Made by a program: the position numbers and the translations under genes. A stretch of 37,091 nucleotides of DNA from a virus (lineage: Duplodnaviria; Caudoviricetes). The notes under the pieces are model-generated. The model saw only the letters and a list, made by a program, of their open reading frames with translations. It had not been told where the DNA came from and ran no database searches. The DNA is taken from IMG/VR virus record IMGVR_UViG_3300025097_000021, positions 1 to 37,091 of that record. One strand, written 5' to 3'. Below, one piece after another: positions 36,540-37,091 of the stretch. Within the stretch, counting starts at the first letter, position 1. Each line of letters starts with the position of its first letter.

Positions 36540-36971
36540 ATGGCTAAACGATTTGCTAAAATAGGTGTTGAAGCCAGTGCTAATAAAGTCATATCCTGTG
36601 AAAATGCAAACGATAAAGATTGTGAAAACTCTGAAGGAGTTTTTGAAGAAAGCATAGGCCAAGCATTTATGGAAAGTATTTCGGGATGGCCAGCAAATTT
36701 ATGGATTTATAGTCCTGACTCCGGCAGAGGACATTTAGCCAATATTGATGATGACTGGGACGCAGCACAAGATATATTTATAGCCCAGCAACCATTTCCT
36801 AGTTGGGTTTTAGACACAGCTACAGGACAATGGGATGCACCAATTCCTGAGCCTGCTTTAACACCAGAAGAAATAGCAGCTGGTAAAAAGTATGGTTGGG
36901 ATGAAGCACTTTATGAAAGTGATAATACTAAAGGATTTGTTTTATACCAATCTGGTGACAATTGGAATTGA
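36540..36971 (+). CDS. Tail-fibre-associated small protein
   Basis: FI..QPFPSW.L....W.AP.P.P...Y.WDE motif commonly following Gly-rich genes. Confidence 0.65.
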   Translation: MAKRFAKIGVEASANKVISCENANDKDCENSEGVFEESIGQAFMESISGWPANLWIYSPDSGRGHLANIDDDWDAAQDIFIAQQPFPSWVLDTATGQWDAPIPEPALTPEEIAAGKKYGWDEALYESDNTKGFVLYQSGDNWN

Positions 36972-36996
36972 CTTTTTAATTCAGATATCCTATAAT
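36968..36996 (+). promoter_or_regulatory. Near-consensus sigma70 promoter
   Basis: TTGACT (36968-36973)-N17-TATAAT (36991-36996). Confidence 0.75.
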
Positions 36997-37006
36997 GATA
37001 TCTAGA

Positions 37007-37091
37007 ATGGAAAAAATACTATTAAGCGAGACGTTCATAGTAGGTGGTTATCTACCTAAAGAATCTCATGCTGATAATGAGGCGATACATC
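37007..37091 (+). CDS. 5' end of an accessory gene, partial
   Basis: MEKILLSETFIVGGYLPKESHADNEAIH..., open to the window end, just downstream of the promoter. Confidence 0.5.
   Translation, partial: MEKILLSETFIVGGYLPKESHADNEAIH

Noticed and set aside
2047-36662. Antisense or alternate-frame ORFs in the track (e.g. 2047-2535, 21028-21342, 21434-21784, 24591-24785, 36038-36511)
   Set aside because: They are shadows of well-supported genes, with no SD or recognisable motifs.
33038-37091. Diversity-generating retroelement (structural genes are BPP-1-like)
   Set aside because: No reverse transcriptase and no template/variable repeat pair differing at adenines was seen in the window.
1-37091. 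Alternative genetic code or stop-codon reassignment
   Set aside because: Core genes are full length in the standard code and TAA, TGA and TAG all terminate genes.
1-37091. tRNA, rRNA, integrase or att-flanked host genes
   Set aside because: None recognisable; the whole window is phage-like.

Overview
AT-rich (roughly 30% GC by eye) dsDNA phage sequence. It appears to be most of a circularly permuted podovirus genome, since the window starts and ends inside tail-accessory genes. Gene content and order resemble marine HTVC010P-type pelagiphages (SAR11 hosts); this is an inference from remembered gene families, not a database result. Modules in order: (1) 1-3934 (+), tail-accessory, putative lysis and small genes. 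(2) 3931-7294 (-), recombination operon: PD-(D/E)XK exonuclease, annealing protein, SSB-like, DUF6378-like and DnaA domain IV proteins. (3) 7424-9836 (+), Cro-like HTH, a replication initiator containing a lambda-type iteron origin, an HGGxSTG-like protein and TerS. (4) 9867-about 15024 (-), a block of small 'early' genes with repeated promoter/leader elements, inserted between terS and terL. (5) about 15025-15460, non-coding control region and candidate genome terminus. (6) 15463-37091 (+), TerL, portal, scaffold, capsid, tail tubes, internal virion proteins (one with a pesticin-like muramidase) and tail fibres. No DNA or RNA polymerase, integrase, CI repressor, reverse transcriptase, CRISPR array or tRNA was seen. 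The most striking candidate system is a nested RNA hairpin at 5392-5454 in the recombination operon transcript. Its two single-stranded regions are complementary to the conserved AACAACUGAAAGGAAA ribosome-binding leader shared by the early genes, suggesting a phage-encoded antisense switch that shuts off early-gene translation.
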